Source: Candidatus Latescibacterota bacterium
GTDB lineage: Bacteria > Latescibacterota > UBA2968 > SICM01
Direction: 5' to 3'
NCBI GenBank assembly: GCA_965217865.1
Contig: CBDCJO010000002.1
Coordinates: 2,240,001-2,304,000, forward strand
Length of the DNA: 64,000 bases
This document shows positions 29,753 through 39,010 of the stretch, piece after piece. The notes below the pieces were generated by a model. It was not told the origin of the DNA and ran no database searches. It worked only from the letters and a program-made list of their open reading frames with translations. Position 1 is the first letter of the stretch; each line of letters opens with the position of its first letter. The translations under genes and the position numbers were made by a program.

Positions 29753-30379
29753 CTATTGTTTCAAAGATGGAGGGCTTTTTTCTTTCCGAAGGAGGTCCCT
29801 TACCTCGGCGGCTGCCTCATATGCCTCTTCCCGAACCAGCCACTCTAGTCTGGCCTGCAGACTATTCATGGGGATCTCCACTGTGACTGTGGGTTTTGGA
29901 AGAGAAACCGAAGATGGTATTTCCGGATTAGCAGGAGTGTTTTTAACTAGACTGTCGACTCCTTCGCCCTGCTCCACGGTAACTCCGGATCGGTCCATCA
30001 CATCGTTCGCTATGTAGATAGGGGCATCGGATTTCAGCGCGAGTGCGATGGCGTCGCTCGGACGGGCATCGACCCTCACGTGTTTTCCCGAAGTGAACGT
30101 CAGTTCGACGCTCGCCAGGTAGTAGTTCTCCTCCATGCCTACGATTTCCACCTGTTCAACCTTTGCTTCGCTCCCCTCAATTACTGTTTTAAGGAGATCG
30201 TGTACAAGGGGTCTCGGGGCCTGGAAATGCTCCAGGGCCATGGATATGGCGCCTGCCTCAAATGGTCCTGTGAAGATGGGAAGCGCCTTCGTCTCCTCCC
30301 CTCCCTGAAGTAAGACCACATAGGCACCAAGGGTCTTGTCCATCCCGACAGCCACCGAGTCTACCTTAACCATTTTCAC
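29753..30379 (-). CDS. Bifunctional nuclease family protein (DUF151) with C-terminal UVR-like helix
   Basis: LPIF.G.FEA..I, PRPLVHDL, VDARPSDAIALA, EAYEAAAEVRD. Confidence 0.92.
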   Translation of the reverse strand: MKMVKVDSVAVGMDKTLGAYVVLLQGGEETKALPIFTGPFEAGAISMALEHFQAPRPLVHDLLKTVIEGSEAKVEQVEIVGMEENYYLASVELTFTSGKHVRVDARPSDAIALALKSDAPIYIANDVMDRSGVTVEQGEGVDSLVKNTPANPEIPSSVSLPKPTVTVEIPMNSLQARLEWLVREEAYEAAAEVRDLLRKEKSPPSLKQ

Positions 30380-30450
30380 AGCCTCATCTCCTTTTTCGAA
30401 CCCACACGGGAGACCCTTCTCCAGTATTCCCCACTCTACTCAAGGAATTA

Positions 30451-30467
30451 CGCAATGTTCGTGCCAA
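30451..30467 (-). promoter_or_regulatory. Sigma54 (-24/-12) promoter of the DUF151 gene
   Basis: Minus strand TTGGCACGAACATTGCG, matching YTGGCACG-N4-TTGC, about 70 bp upstream of the start. Confidence 0.75.
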
Positions 30468-30753
30468 GGCATTGGTTTCTTCGTAACTTCCATTTAAACA
30501 ATTCAAAAAAGGAATAGACCCAAAAATTTAGGACTTTTGACATCGAATTATAGCAATGATTAAGAGCAATAGTTGCTAACCCGTGGAAAAATTGATCCAG
30601 TCAGGATGGCAGAATCGAGGGCTGAGGGTAGAGGCTTCGACTGCGTTCTCCTCGATGCAGAAGGCGCGATGATTGTGGGGCGCGGTTATGCCCCTCACCA
30701 CGCCTTGCGCGTCTCGTTTTCGCTTGAATTGGCTTGTTATCCATCTGATATCC

Positions 30754-31575
30754 TCAGTAGACTTCTGGCACGAAGTTCTGATCCGTGATGGGCGGACGAA
30801 CGTAACCCTTGTCCCTTTTTCTCGGCGGTAATTCTATCGGCTCGGGGGTTAAATCTTCGTAAGGGATCATGCTCAGCAGATGGCAGATGCAATTCAGCCG
30901 TGCTCGTTTTTTGTTATCCGCGTTGACCACGTACCACGGGGCTTGATTTATATCCGTGTGAGCAAACATCTCATCCTTTGCCTTGGAATACTCCACCCAC
31001 CTCGCTCTGGAGTCCAGGTCCATCGGGCTGAGCTTCCATCGCCTCGTTGGGTCTTGAATACGGTTTTGAAACCGACGTTCCTGTTCTTCGTCACTGACTG
31101 AAAACCAGTATTTGATTACAGTAATCCCTGATCTCACGAGCATGCGTTCAAACTCCGGACAGGAACGGAGGAACTCCTGGTACTCCTCCTCCGTGCAAAA
31201 GCCCATCACTCGCTCCACACCCGCACGATTATACCAGCTCCGGTCAAGAATGACCATCTCGCCCGCCGACGGGAGATGTGTAACGTAGCGCTGAAAATAC
31301 CACTGTGTCTTCTCTCGCTCGGTGGGCGTAGCGAGCGCAACAACCCGGCAGATTCGGGGGTTCAAGCTCTGGGTGATCCGCTTGATGACGCCTCCTTTCC
31401 CGGCCGCGTCCCGTCCCTCAAAGATCACAACGACCTTAAACCCCTTGTGTTTTATCCATTCCTGCAGCTTGACAAGCTCGATCTGAAGTTTTGCCAACTC
31501 CCGATCGTAGACTTCCGTGTTCAAGGTTTTGGGAGCCGGTTGGCTTTTTTTGTTTGGTTTCCTCTTTTTGGACAT
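30754..31575 (-). CDS. ppk2: Polyphosphate kinase 2
   Basis: FEGRDAAGKGG, WYFQRY, DRSWYNRAGVE, WKLSPMD; start MSKKRK at 31575. Confidence 0.96.
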   Translation of the reverse strand: MSKKRKPNKKSQPAPKTLNTEVYDRELAKLQIELVKLQEWIKHKGFKVVVIFEGRDAAGKGGVIKRITQSLNPRICRVVALATPTEREKTQWYFQRYVTHLPSAGEMVILDRSWYNRAGVERVMGFCTEEEYQEFLRSCPEFERMLVRSGITVIKYWFSVSDEEQERRFQNRIQDPTRRWKLSPMDLDSRARWVEYSKAKDEMFAHTDINQAPWYVVNADNKKRARLNCICHLLSMIPYEDLTPEPIELPPRKRDKGYVRPPITDQNFVPEVY

Positions 31576-31582
31576 GATAGCC

Positions 31583-31900
31583 TCACGCATCGAGCACATC
31601 CTGAACCCACGTATAGGCGGCAACGGTAGCCGGAAGACCCAAGGTTCCAGCGGCCAAAGCCACCACCTGTTCGACCTCCTCAGGGGAGATTTCCAAAGAG
31701 AGGGCTTTTCGAACGCCCGCATGGACCGCACCTTCTCGCAAGGCCCCGATCGCGATACCTAACTTGACAAGCCTGGCTGTCCGGTCATCGAGGGGGCCTT
31801 CCTGTCCTGCCTCGGCGATATTTTCCCACGCTTTCCCGAGTTTAGGGTATCGTTTCACGAAGTTCTGGTAAGTTTTTGGAGGACGGGGGGTCGATTCCAT
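31583..31900 (-). CDS. Carboxymuconolactone decarboxylase family protein
   Basis: GPLD..T..L.KLG.AIG....GA...., TLGLP. Confidence 0.85.
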   Translation of the reverse strand: MESTPRPPKTYQNFVKRYPKLGKAWENIAEAGQEGPLDDRTARLVKLGIAIGALREGAVHAGVRKALSLEISPEEVEQVVALAAGTLGLPATVAAYTWVQDVLDA

Positions 31901-32246
31901 TGGATGGCTCCTTTTTAATGAGTGAGAATTATTTTTCTAAGACGGTTGGACAAATTAGGTGTAGAGACATTGAAACCACTAAAATAAAGCTAAATTGGTG
32001 GCGATAAAAAGTAAATTCTGGTACGTCGTTAATGGCGAAAGGCCAGAGCATGCTTCTTACGGGCCGGATCTGTGCACGAAACCCCGGGTGAAGAAGAGTC
32101 CGAGGTCGGATTCCGGCCCCTTCGAATGATAAAATTCCGCGGTGTGTCTATTTTTCATCAACAATTTTTTTGGAGGTAGGGGTGATTTTAATATATCTTC
32201 TGGAGTTGTCCAATCCCCTTCATTAGTTACTGAAAGGATTATCGTC

Positions 32247-34262
32247 ATGAGTAAAAACCAGGAAAGGTCGAATGAATTCTTAGTTACCGAGCAGGACGGC
32301 CTGTTTTTTCCACCCACAGATTTCAGCAAGCGGGCCCATTTCAAGAACCTCGAGGATTACGAGAAGCTCTATCGTGAATCGGTTGAGGATCCGGAGGGAT
32401 TCTGGGGGGGGGTTGCAGACGATTTTCACTGGTTCCGAAGATGGGACAGGGTGAGATCTTATAACTTCGATTTAGACAAAGGGCCCATCCAGATCGAATG
32501 GTTCAAAGGCGGGCAGACCAACATCACCTACAACTGTCTGGATCGGCATCTCGAGACCCGGGGCGATCAGGTCGCCATCATCTGGGAGGGGAACGAACCG
32601 GGTGAGGATAAGAAACTCACTTACCGAGAACTTTACGAAGAGGTTTGCCGCTGCGCTAACGTGCTTAAATCACGAGGTGTGAAAAGAGGGGACAGGGTAT
32701 CGATTTATATGCCGATGATCCCTGAGTTGGCCGTAGCGATGCTGGCCTGCGCCCGGATCGGAGCCATACACAGCATCGTATTCGGCGGATTTTCGTCCGA
32801 CTCACTGGCCGATCGGATCGTGGACTCGACCTGCCAGGTGGTGTTGACGACGGATGGGATGTTTCGCGGTGATAAGCCCATGCCCCGCAAAGGTCCGGCC
32901 GATGAAGCGATGGCTCTGGCGGATCAGAGGATGGGAGGGAAGGTCGTGGAAACCTGCATCGTGGTTCGACGGGTGGGTGAGGGGAAGGGGATCACGTGCG
33001 GTATGAAGGAGGGTCGAGACCTCTGGTGGGACGAAGCCATGGCCCAAGCCGAACCCGAGTGCCCCTGCGAACCGATGGATGCAGAGGACCCGCTTTTCAT
33101 TCTGTATACCTCAGGTTCCACCGGCAAGCCCAAAGGGGTACAGCACAATGTGGGGGGGTACATGGTCTATACTGCTTTTTCCCACAAGTATATTTTCGAC
33201 TACCACGACGGGGACATCTACTTTTGTGCTGCAGACATCGGATGGGTTACGGGACATTCCTACATTATTTATGGCCCCCTTGCAAATGGGGCCACCACCG
33301 TGATGTTTGAAAGCACTCCTCTCTATCCCGAACCCGATCGTTACTGGAGCGTGGTCGATAAATACAGGGTAAACCAGTTTTACACGGCCCCAACGGCCAT
33401 CCGGGCTGTGGCCAGAGAGGGTGATAAATGGCCTGGCAGCCATGACCTTTCCTCACTTCGGTTATTGGGGACGGTGGGCGAACCGATCAACCCGGAGGCA
33501 TGGCTGTGGTACCATCGGAACGTAGGCCGGGGACGCTGTCCGATCGTGGACACCTGGTGGCAAACTGAAACCGGAGGCATCCTGATCACTCCGCTCCCAG
33601 GGAGTATTCCGACAAAACCGGGTTCGGCCACGCTCCCGTATTTCGGAATCAAGCCGGTGGTTATCGACCCTGAAAGCGGGAAAGTCCAGGAGGGAAACGG
33701 GGTGAACGGGGTCCTCGGGATCGCAGAACCCTGGCCCGGTCTAATGCGCACCGTGTACGGGGATCACCGACGGTTCGAAGAGACATACTTCCAAACCTAT
33801 AAGGGATTCTACTTCACCGGAGATGGTTGTCGGCGAGATGAGGACGGCTACTATTGGATCACCGGCCGGGTGGACGATGTGATCAATGTTTCCGGACACC
33901 GAATGGGCACGGCCGAGGTGGAAAGCGCCCTCGTTTCGCATTCAAAGGTTGCTGAAGCAGCGGTGGTCGGGTTTCCTCACGAGATCAAGGGACAGGGGAT
34001 TTATGCCTACGTGACGCTCAACACGGGTGAGGAGTACACGGAGGACCTTCGGAAGGAACTCCAACAGTGGGTGAGAAAGGAGATCGGTCCAATCGCTACG
34101 CCGGATGTGATTCACTGGGCGCCCGGGCTGCCGAAGACGCGTTCTGGGAAGATCATGCGGCGCGTGCTTCGCAAGATCGCCGAACAGGACACCGACTCCC
34201 TGGGAGATATCTCCACCCTGGCCGATCCAGGGGTGGTGGAACAACTGTTGACGAAGAGATAA
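32247..34262 (+). CDS. acs: Acetyl-CoA synthetase
   Basis: [39 protein letters not shown]; start MSKNQ with AAGGA RBS. Confidence 0.98.
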   Translation: MSKNQERSNEFLVTEQDGLFFPPTDFSKRAHFKNLEDYEKLYRESVEDPEGFWGGVADDFHWFRRWDRVRSYNFDLDKGPIQIEWFKGGQTNITYNCLDRHLETRGDQVAIIWEGNEPGEDKKLTYRELYEEVCRCANVLKSRGVKRGDRVSIYMPMIPELAVAMLACARIGAIHSIVFGGFSSDSLADRIVDSTCQVVLTTDGMFRGDKPMPRKGPADEAMALADQRMGGKVVETCIVVRRVGEGKGITCGMKEGRDLWWDEAMAQAEPECPCEPMDAEDPLFILYTSGSTGKPKGVQHNVGGYMVYTAFSHKYIFDYHDGDIYFCAADIGWVTGHSYIIYGPLANGATTVMFESTPLYPEPDRYWSVVDKYRVNQFYTAPTAIRAVAREGDKWPGSHDLSSLRLLGTVGEPINPEAWLWYHRNVGRGRCPIVDTWWQTETGGILITPLPGSIPTKPGSATLPYFGIKPVVIDPESGKVQEGNGVNGVLGIAEPWPGLMRTVYGDHRRFEETYFQTYKGFYFTGDGCRRDEDGYYWITGRVDDVINVSGHRMGTAEVESALVSHSKVAEAAVVGFPHEIKGQGIYAYVTLNTGEEYTEDLRKELQQWVRKEIGPIATPDVIHWAPGLPKTRSGKIMRRVLRKIAEQDTDSLGDISTLADPGVVEQLLTKR

Positions 34263-34350
34263 CAAGAGGTCGCGACGGCTGGGATTCGGGTCAGATCGGA
34301 ACTCAGAGGCCCAGTGCAGAGCAACGGGCCGACGGAGGAGATCCTTCCGC

Positions 34351-34372
34351 ATCCTTCGACTTCGCTCAGGAT
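34351..34372. repeat. REP-like palindromic element
   Basis: ATCCTTCGACTTCGCTCAGGAT; related copy at 38813-38833. Confidence 0.55.
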
Positions 34373-34607
34373 TTTCGACCAGTGGGTTCAATCCGTCATT
34401 CTCATTCGATGATTCATCCACCCGTTTTTCATAGTTGAGGTGGACCCCATATATACCCTACCTCCTGCTTCCTCCACCCGCATCCCCCACCCCCAGTGAA
34501 CCACTCGGCGCTTCTTCCACCCAAGAAGAAGCGCCCATAAGAACCGCCAGCATCCACGGTCTCGATGACAGGGTGCGGGCTGATCCTCTCTGACAAGGAA
34601 AACCACT

Positions 34608-36011
34608 ATGCCCTCAGACGTGAACTACGCGAGCTGGCCCCTACACGTGGGCCGGCATATCGATGTAGGAGACAGGAAGCAGCTTTTCCTGGACGATGGC
34701 TTTCTCGTGGAGAGAACCGAGGGCGTGCGCTATGTCCTGCACCAGCCGACCCGGCATCCGGATAATCCGCTCATCGTTCCCGACACATCCTGGGAAAGTC
34801 AGGTACAGCTCTACGGCACGGTAATGTGCGATGAGGGAATCCACAAGATGTGGTACACGGTTCGGACGACAAAGTATGGAAAAGACAGCGCCGTACTTGT
34901 TGGTTACGCAACGTCGAAAAACGGTCTCCAGTGGCGCAAGCCCAACCTCGGGATACTTGAGCACGAAGGCTCAGTCGAAAACAACCTTCTCCTGGATCCA
35001 GGTCCGGGAGGCAGCGGGGGAGTGTGCGTTCTGAAAACTCCGTGGGAAGCGGACCCCTCAAGGCTCTACAAGATGCTTTACAAGACCATCGAAGACGGCG
35101 GGGGACTGAAGATCGCTTTCTCCCCGGACGGGATCCGCTGGACCCCCCACCCAGAGACTGTTCTACCGGGTGTCTTCGACACGTTCAACGTCGTCCTCTG
35201 GGACGATCGCCGAGGAAAGTACGTCGCATATCTACGGATTAACCAGAGACCTCGGAAAAGGCAACGGTCCGTCGGACGGATAGAATCAGAGGACTTTATC
35301 CACTGGACGACGCCCGCGATCGTCCTGCGACCCGACGCTCAGGACCCCCCGGATTCCGACCTGTACACCTCGGCGGCTTTCAAGTACGGCGAGGGGGAAA
35401 GCGCTTACTTCATGATGCCCAGCTTCTTCGACTGGAGGCGGGGTCAGCTCTGGGTTCAACTGGCCACCAGCCGGGACGGTGTGAACTGGAGTCGGGCGGG
35501 AAACCGGGAAGGCTTCATCCCGCTGGGCCGGCCGAACAGCTTCGAATCGGATGGCATCTATGCGGGTGTCCCGCCCCTGGTGAAGGACGATCAGCTCTTC
35601 ATATACTACCACGGGACCAATCAGCTCCACTGGAGCGGCATGGGCCGGGGTATTGGTCATACCACCGGGATATGTGTTGCGACGTTGCGTCTTGACGGCT
35701 TCATATCGATAGATGCAGGCGAGCATCCCGCCGGGGGAACGGTTACGACGGTGCCGATACAGTTCTGCGGTTCGCATCTCGAGATCAACGCCGATGCAAT
35801 CTGGGGGGAAATCCGGGTAGAGGTCCTTGACGAAAACCGCGAAGTCATTCCGGGTTTTGGTCGTTCTGAATGCACTCCTGTCATCGGTGATTCTGTCCGC
35901 CATCGACTGGTGTGGGAAGGCGGAGACCTGAGCGCACTCGCTGGTACGGCGGTGAAGCTGCGCTTTTTCCTGCGTTGTGCAAGGCTCTATGCTTTTCAGT
36001 TCAAGGCGTGA
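34608..36011 (+). CDS. Uncharacterised five-bladed beta-propeller glycoside-hydrolase-like protein (paralog 1)
   Basis: RKQLFLDD, NP.I.PD..WE, S.NG..W.KP.LG, Asp-box S.DG..W repeats, LRLDGF.S, C-terminal L.INA/LYAFQF module. Confidence 0.75.
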   Translation: MPSDVNYASWPLHVGRHIDVGDRKQLFLDDGFLVERTEGVRYVLHQPTRHPDNPLIVPDTSWESQVQLYGTVMCDEGIHKMWYTVRTTKYGKDSAVLVGYATSKNGLQWRKPNLGILEHEGSVENNLLLDPGPGGSGGVCVLKTPWEADPSRLYKMLYKTIEDGGGLKIAFSPDGIRWTPHPETVLPGVFDTFNVVLWDDRRGKYVAYLRINQRPRKRQRSVGRIESEDFIHWTTPAIVLRPDAQDPPDSDLYTSAAFKYGEGESAYFMMPSFFDWRRGQLWVQLATSRDGVNWSRAGNREGFIPLGRPNSFESDGIYAGVPPLVKDDQLFIYYHGTNQLHWSGMGRGIGHTTGICVATLRLDGFISIDAGEHPAGGTVTTVPIQFCGSHLEINADAIWGEIRVEVLDENREVIPGFGRSECTPVIGDSVRHRLVWEGGDLSALAGTAVKLRFFLRCARLYAFQFKA

Positions 36012-36031
36012 AGCCAGGAAAAAAATAGGAT

Positions 36032-37669
36032 ATGCCGTCCAGACCGATCGCAGCAGGTTCACGACGTCAGCTCTTTGTCGATGACCATATCGTGGAGCGC
36101 ACAGAAGATGTCCAGCGACGATTTCACCGGCCGGTCCGGTATACGGGCAACCCCGTCATCCGCGCGGACCAGCCGTGGGAGCAGGGTGAGAATGGGGTCT
36201 ATCTGTTCGGGGGTACGGTGCTTTTTGACGAGGAGGAGCAGATCTTCAAGATGTGGTACCGGGCGGCCGGGACCGTCGAGTCCGGGGCCGGGGAAGAGGA
36301 ACAGGGTCTGTACAAGGCATGCTACGCCGTTTCAGCGGACGGGCTGAACTGGGAGAAGCCGGATCTGGGACTGGTCTCGTACCGAGGATCAACGCAAAAC
36401 AATATCCTTCCTCCAGACCCGAGCGGGATGGAACAGATCAGGCGACCCAATATCATCAAGGACTACGAGGAAACCGATCTTGATAAGCGCTATAAGATGC
36501 TCTACATGGATTGTATCGATGGCCGGTGGGCACTTGCAAAGGGATATTCTCGTGATGGTGTTCACTGGCGCATGAACGCGGCGGAACCAACATACCTCAA
36601 AGGAAGCGCGGCCAACGGCATCCTCTTCGGATGGGATCCGAGGCGTAAAAAATTTGCCCATTTCCACCGCATTGGGAAGCAGGTTCCAGCAGATGTTGAC
36701 GGGCGGAACGCGCGTTCGATAGTCGCTGTCGTGTGTTCTACCAGCAAGGACTTTGTAACGTGGGGTGATACCCGGGACGTGCTCCGAGCGGAGCCGAACG
36801 ATCCGCCCGGATGGAATCCGACCCACGGCGCCTTTGCCGCCATCCTCTACACCGATGATCTCTATATCGGTTCCACCGATACGTGCACGCCCCACTGTGT
36901 AGAGGACGTGCCTGAAGGACTGTGGGACAACGTCTACAGGGGGGAGTTCGCCGAGTACAGGACCGAGCTTGTCATCAGCAGGGACGGAGACAACTGGGTT
37001 CGTGTTGCGCCACGCTGGGAGTTTTTGCAGCCCGGGCTCTGGGGGGCCTGGGATCACGACCACGTGCAGCTGGCCAAGCCGATCGTGCGGGACGACGAGA
37101 TCCTGATCTACTATACCGGGAGCAATCTTCCCATGAGCGTGGGGTCTCCAGAGCATCCCCAACATGCGCTGGCGAACAAGGTGATCAAGGGGGCGCGGAT
37201 GGGTCACGCGGTCGGCCTTGCCCGGATGCGTCTGGACGGCTTTGTATCCATGGATGGTTACGCACCCGGGGGGACGCTCACAACCCGGCTTATGACCTTT
37301 ACGGGAAATCGTCTGGTGGTCAACGCCCGAGTACCGGAAAAACCCTTCGGGTCGTACTCAAAAAGGCAGAGGCCTTATGGAAAGCTGCGCGTGGAGGTCC
37401 TCGATGCAGAGGGCCGGCCTCAGGCGGGATACAGTTCGGCAGATTGCGATGCCTTCACCGGGGACGAGGTCCGGCAGGGTGTTACCTGGAAGGGCAAATC
37501 GGAGCTGGGCAAATTGGCCAGCGAACCGATCCGCTTGAAATTCTATCTCGACAACGCGGCGCTCTACTCCTTCATGTTCGTGGGAGATGAGACGTTGCCG
37601 GAGCCGATGAACCTCCTGTGCCCGGGATGCCGAGGTCGTCCAGGACCGGGGGAAACGGGGATGGTTTGA
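36032..37669 (+). CDS. Uncharacterised beta-propeller glycoside-hydrolase-like protein (paralog 2)
   Basis: RRQLFVDD, NPVI.AD.PWE, SADG.NWEKP.LG, MRLDGFVS, LYSF. Confidence 0.75.
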   Translation: MPSRPIAAGSRRQLFVDDHIVERTEDVQRRFHRPVRYTGNPVIRADQPWEQGENGVYLFGGTVLFDEEEQIFKMWYRAAGTVESGAGEEEQGLYKACYAVSADGLNWEKPDLGLVSYRGSTQNNILPPDPSGMEQIRRPNIIKDYEETDLDKRYKMLYMDCIDGRWALAKGYSRDGVHWRMNAAEPTYLKGSAANGILFGWDPRRKKFAHFHRIGKQVPADVDGRNARSIVAVVCSTSKDFVTWGDTRDVLRAEPNDPPGWNPTHGAFAAILYTDDLYIGSTDTCTPHCVEDVPEGLWDNVYRGEFAEYRTELVISRDGDNWVRVAPRWEFLQPGLWGAWDHDHVQLAKPIVRDDEILIYYTGSNLPMSVGSPEHPQHALANKVIKGARMGHAVGLARMRLDGFVSMDGYAPGGTLTTRLMTFTGNRLVVNARVPEKPFGSYSKRQRPYGKLRVEVLDAEGRPQAGYSSADCDAFTGDEVRQGVTWKGKSELGKLASEPIRLKFYLDNAALYSFMFVGDETLPEPMNLLCPGCRGRPGPGETGMV

Positions 37670-37730
37670 ATCTCGAAGAGGTAGCAAAAGAATGTGGAAG
37701 ATGGTTATTGATCACGGACCGTAATCCCAA

Positions 37731-38519
37731 ATGGTATCGAGACAATATATAGAAGAGGCCTGGACGCGATTTAGCGTCACGGTGGGTGATGAATCGGTGT
37801 TGTGTAATTTTAACGGCGATCCGGGCAGTGGAGGGGACGCGACGCTGTGCGTCATTCCCACTCAGGCCATGCGGGTGGTCGAGGATCCCGTGAGCATGAA
37901 GGAGAAGCCCAACGTCATGACCCAGTGGCTGGACCGGCTTACCGCAGCCGGGGCCAGCACCCTCCTGGTCCACGGCAAGTGGTTTGACGATCTGTGGAAA
38001 CTTGCGGACCTGGTTCGTGCTGGGCAGGACGCATTTGCCGGAATGGAGAAGCGGATCAGGATCGCAATAAACGAATCGCTTAATCGAGGCTATGTCAAGC
38101 CGGGCAAGATCCTGGTCATGGGCAGTTCTCGCCACGGGTTTGCGATCCTGCACGCCATGGCCAACAACCCCGTCATCAACGGGGCCATCGCACACCAGCC
38201 GATCGTGCACTGGCCGTACATGAAAGAGTTTCACGGGATGGACGACGATCCGATTATCGAGAAGAACAGCCTGTACCAGTGGGCTGAACGGTTCGTTCCC
38301 CGACCTGTCCTTATTCAGACGGGGTACGCAGACGAGCGGGTGGGTTCCAACTGGCTACAAAAACTAATAGACGCCATGGCAGCGGCCTATAGAACTGAAG
38401 GCGCAGAGGCGAGATTCTGCCACGATTTAATGGATCTCCCCGGCCACGACGGCACTCGCATACCGGACTGGGCACTCGACAGTGTGGTTCGATGGCCTGC
38501 TGGGCAGGGGCTGTTGTGA
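37731..38519 (+). CDS. Alpha/beta hydrolase fold protein
   Basis: Nucleophile elbow GSSRHG, PRPVLI..G..DERVG, C-terminal GH. Confidence 0.65.
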   Translation: MVSRQYIEEAWTRFSVTVGDESVLCNFNGDPGSGGDATLCVIPTQAMRVVEDPVSMKEKPNVMTQWLDRLTAAGASTLLVHGKWFDDLWKLADLVRAGQDAFAGMEKRIRIAINESLNRGYVKPGKILVMGSSRHGFAILHAMANNPVINGAIAHQPIVHWPYMKEFHGMDDDPIIEKNSLYQWAERFVPRPVLIQTGYADERVGSNWLQKLIDAMAAAYRTEGAEARFCHDLMDLPGHDGTRIPDWALDSVVRWPAGQGLL

Positions 38520-38735
38520 AATGGAAATGAAAAATAAAAAATGTAAATTGCAAAATGCAAAAGTCAGGGGTCAGAAGTCGGAGGCCAGGGAAAGAAAACG
38601 TGAGACGTGAGATGTGAGACGTGAGATGGGAAAGGCAGTAGCAGTTGGCAGTGGCAGGAAAGGCAAAGGCAGGGGTCTGAAGTCGGAGGTCAGGGAAAGA
38701 AAAAGCAAAACCGGTAGTGAGGGAGCAAGCCGTGA
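38517..38735. repeat. Mosaic purine-rich heptamer array
   Basis: Successive blocks of AAATGCA-like, GTCAGRR, GTGAGAY x4 and GCAGTGG-like units right after the stop codon. Confidence 0.75.
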
Positions 38736-38784
38736 TTCACCTTCCACCTATCGCCGAGCGAAAACGGCGCTAGTTAGGTCAACG

Positions 38785-38853
38785 CCCTCATCCCCTGTAT
38801 CCCCCTTCTCCCGTCCTTCGACGAGCTCAGGACAGGCTCCGCAGGAGAAGGGG
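38785..38853. repeat. Nested REP-like palindromes
   Basis: Outer stem CCCCTTCTCC/GGAGAAGGGG enclosing GTCCTTCGACGAGCTCAGGAC. Confidence 0.6.
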
Positions 38854-39010
38854 ACGATGACATTCGTTTTTTATATATTAGAATCACGCCTTTCCCTTCA
38901 TAAAACAATTAGATCATTTCGATCTTCTCCTCCTCCCGCTACCCGGGAGAAAGGTTCCGAGCTTGGAAGGCGCTGACAATGTCATCGATTAACCGATTAC
39001 TGCCCACTAG

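Noticed and set aside
31900-32246. Possible riboswitch or ncRNA upstream of acs
   Set aside because: No recognisable aptamer motif; looks like an ordinary divergent promoter region
38746-38779. ACCTATC...GTTAGGT hairpin as attC
   Set aside because: Only 34 bp, too short for attC, and lacks L boxes
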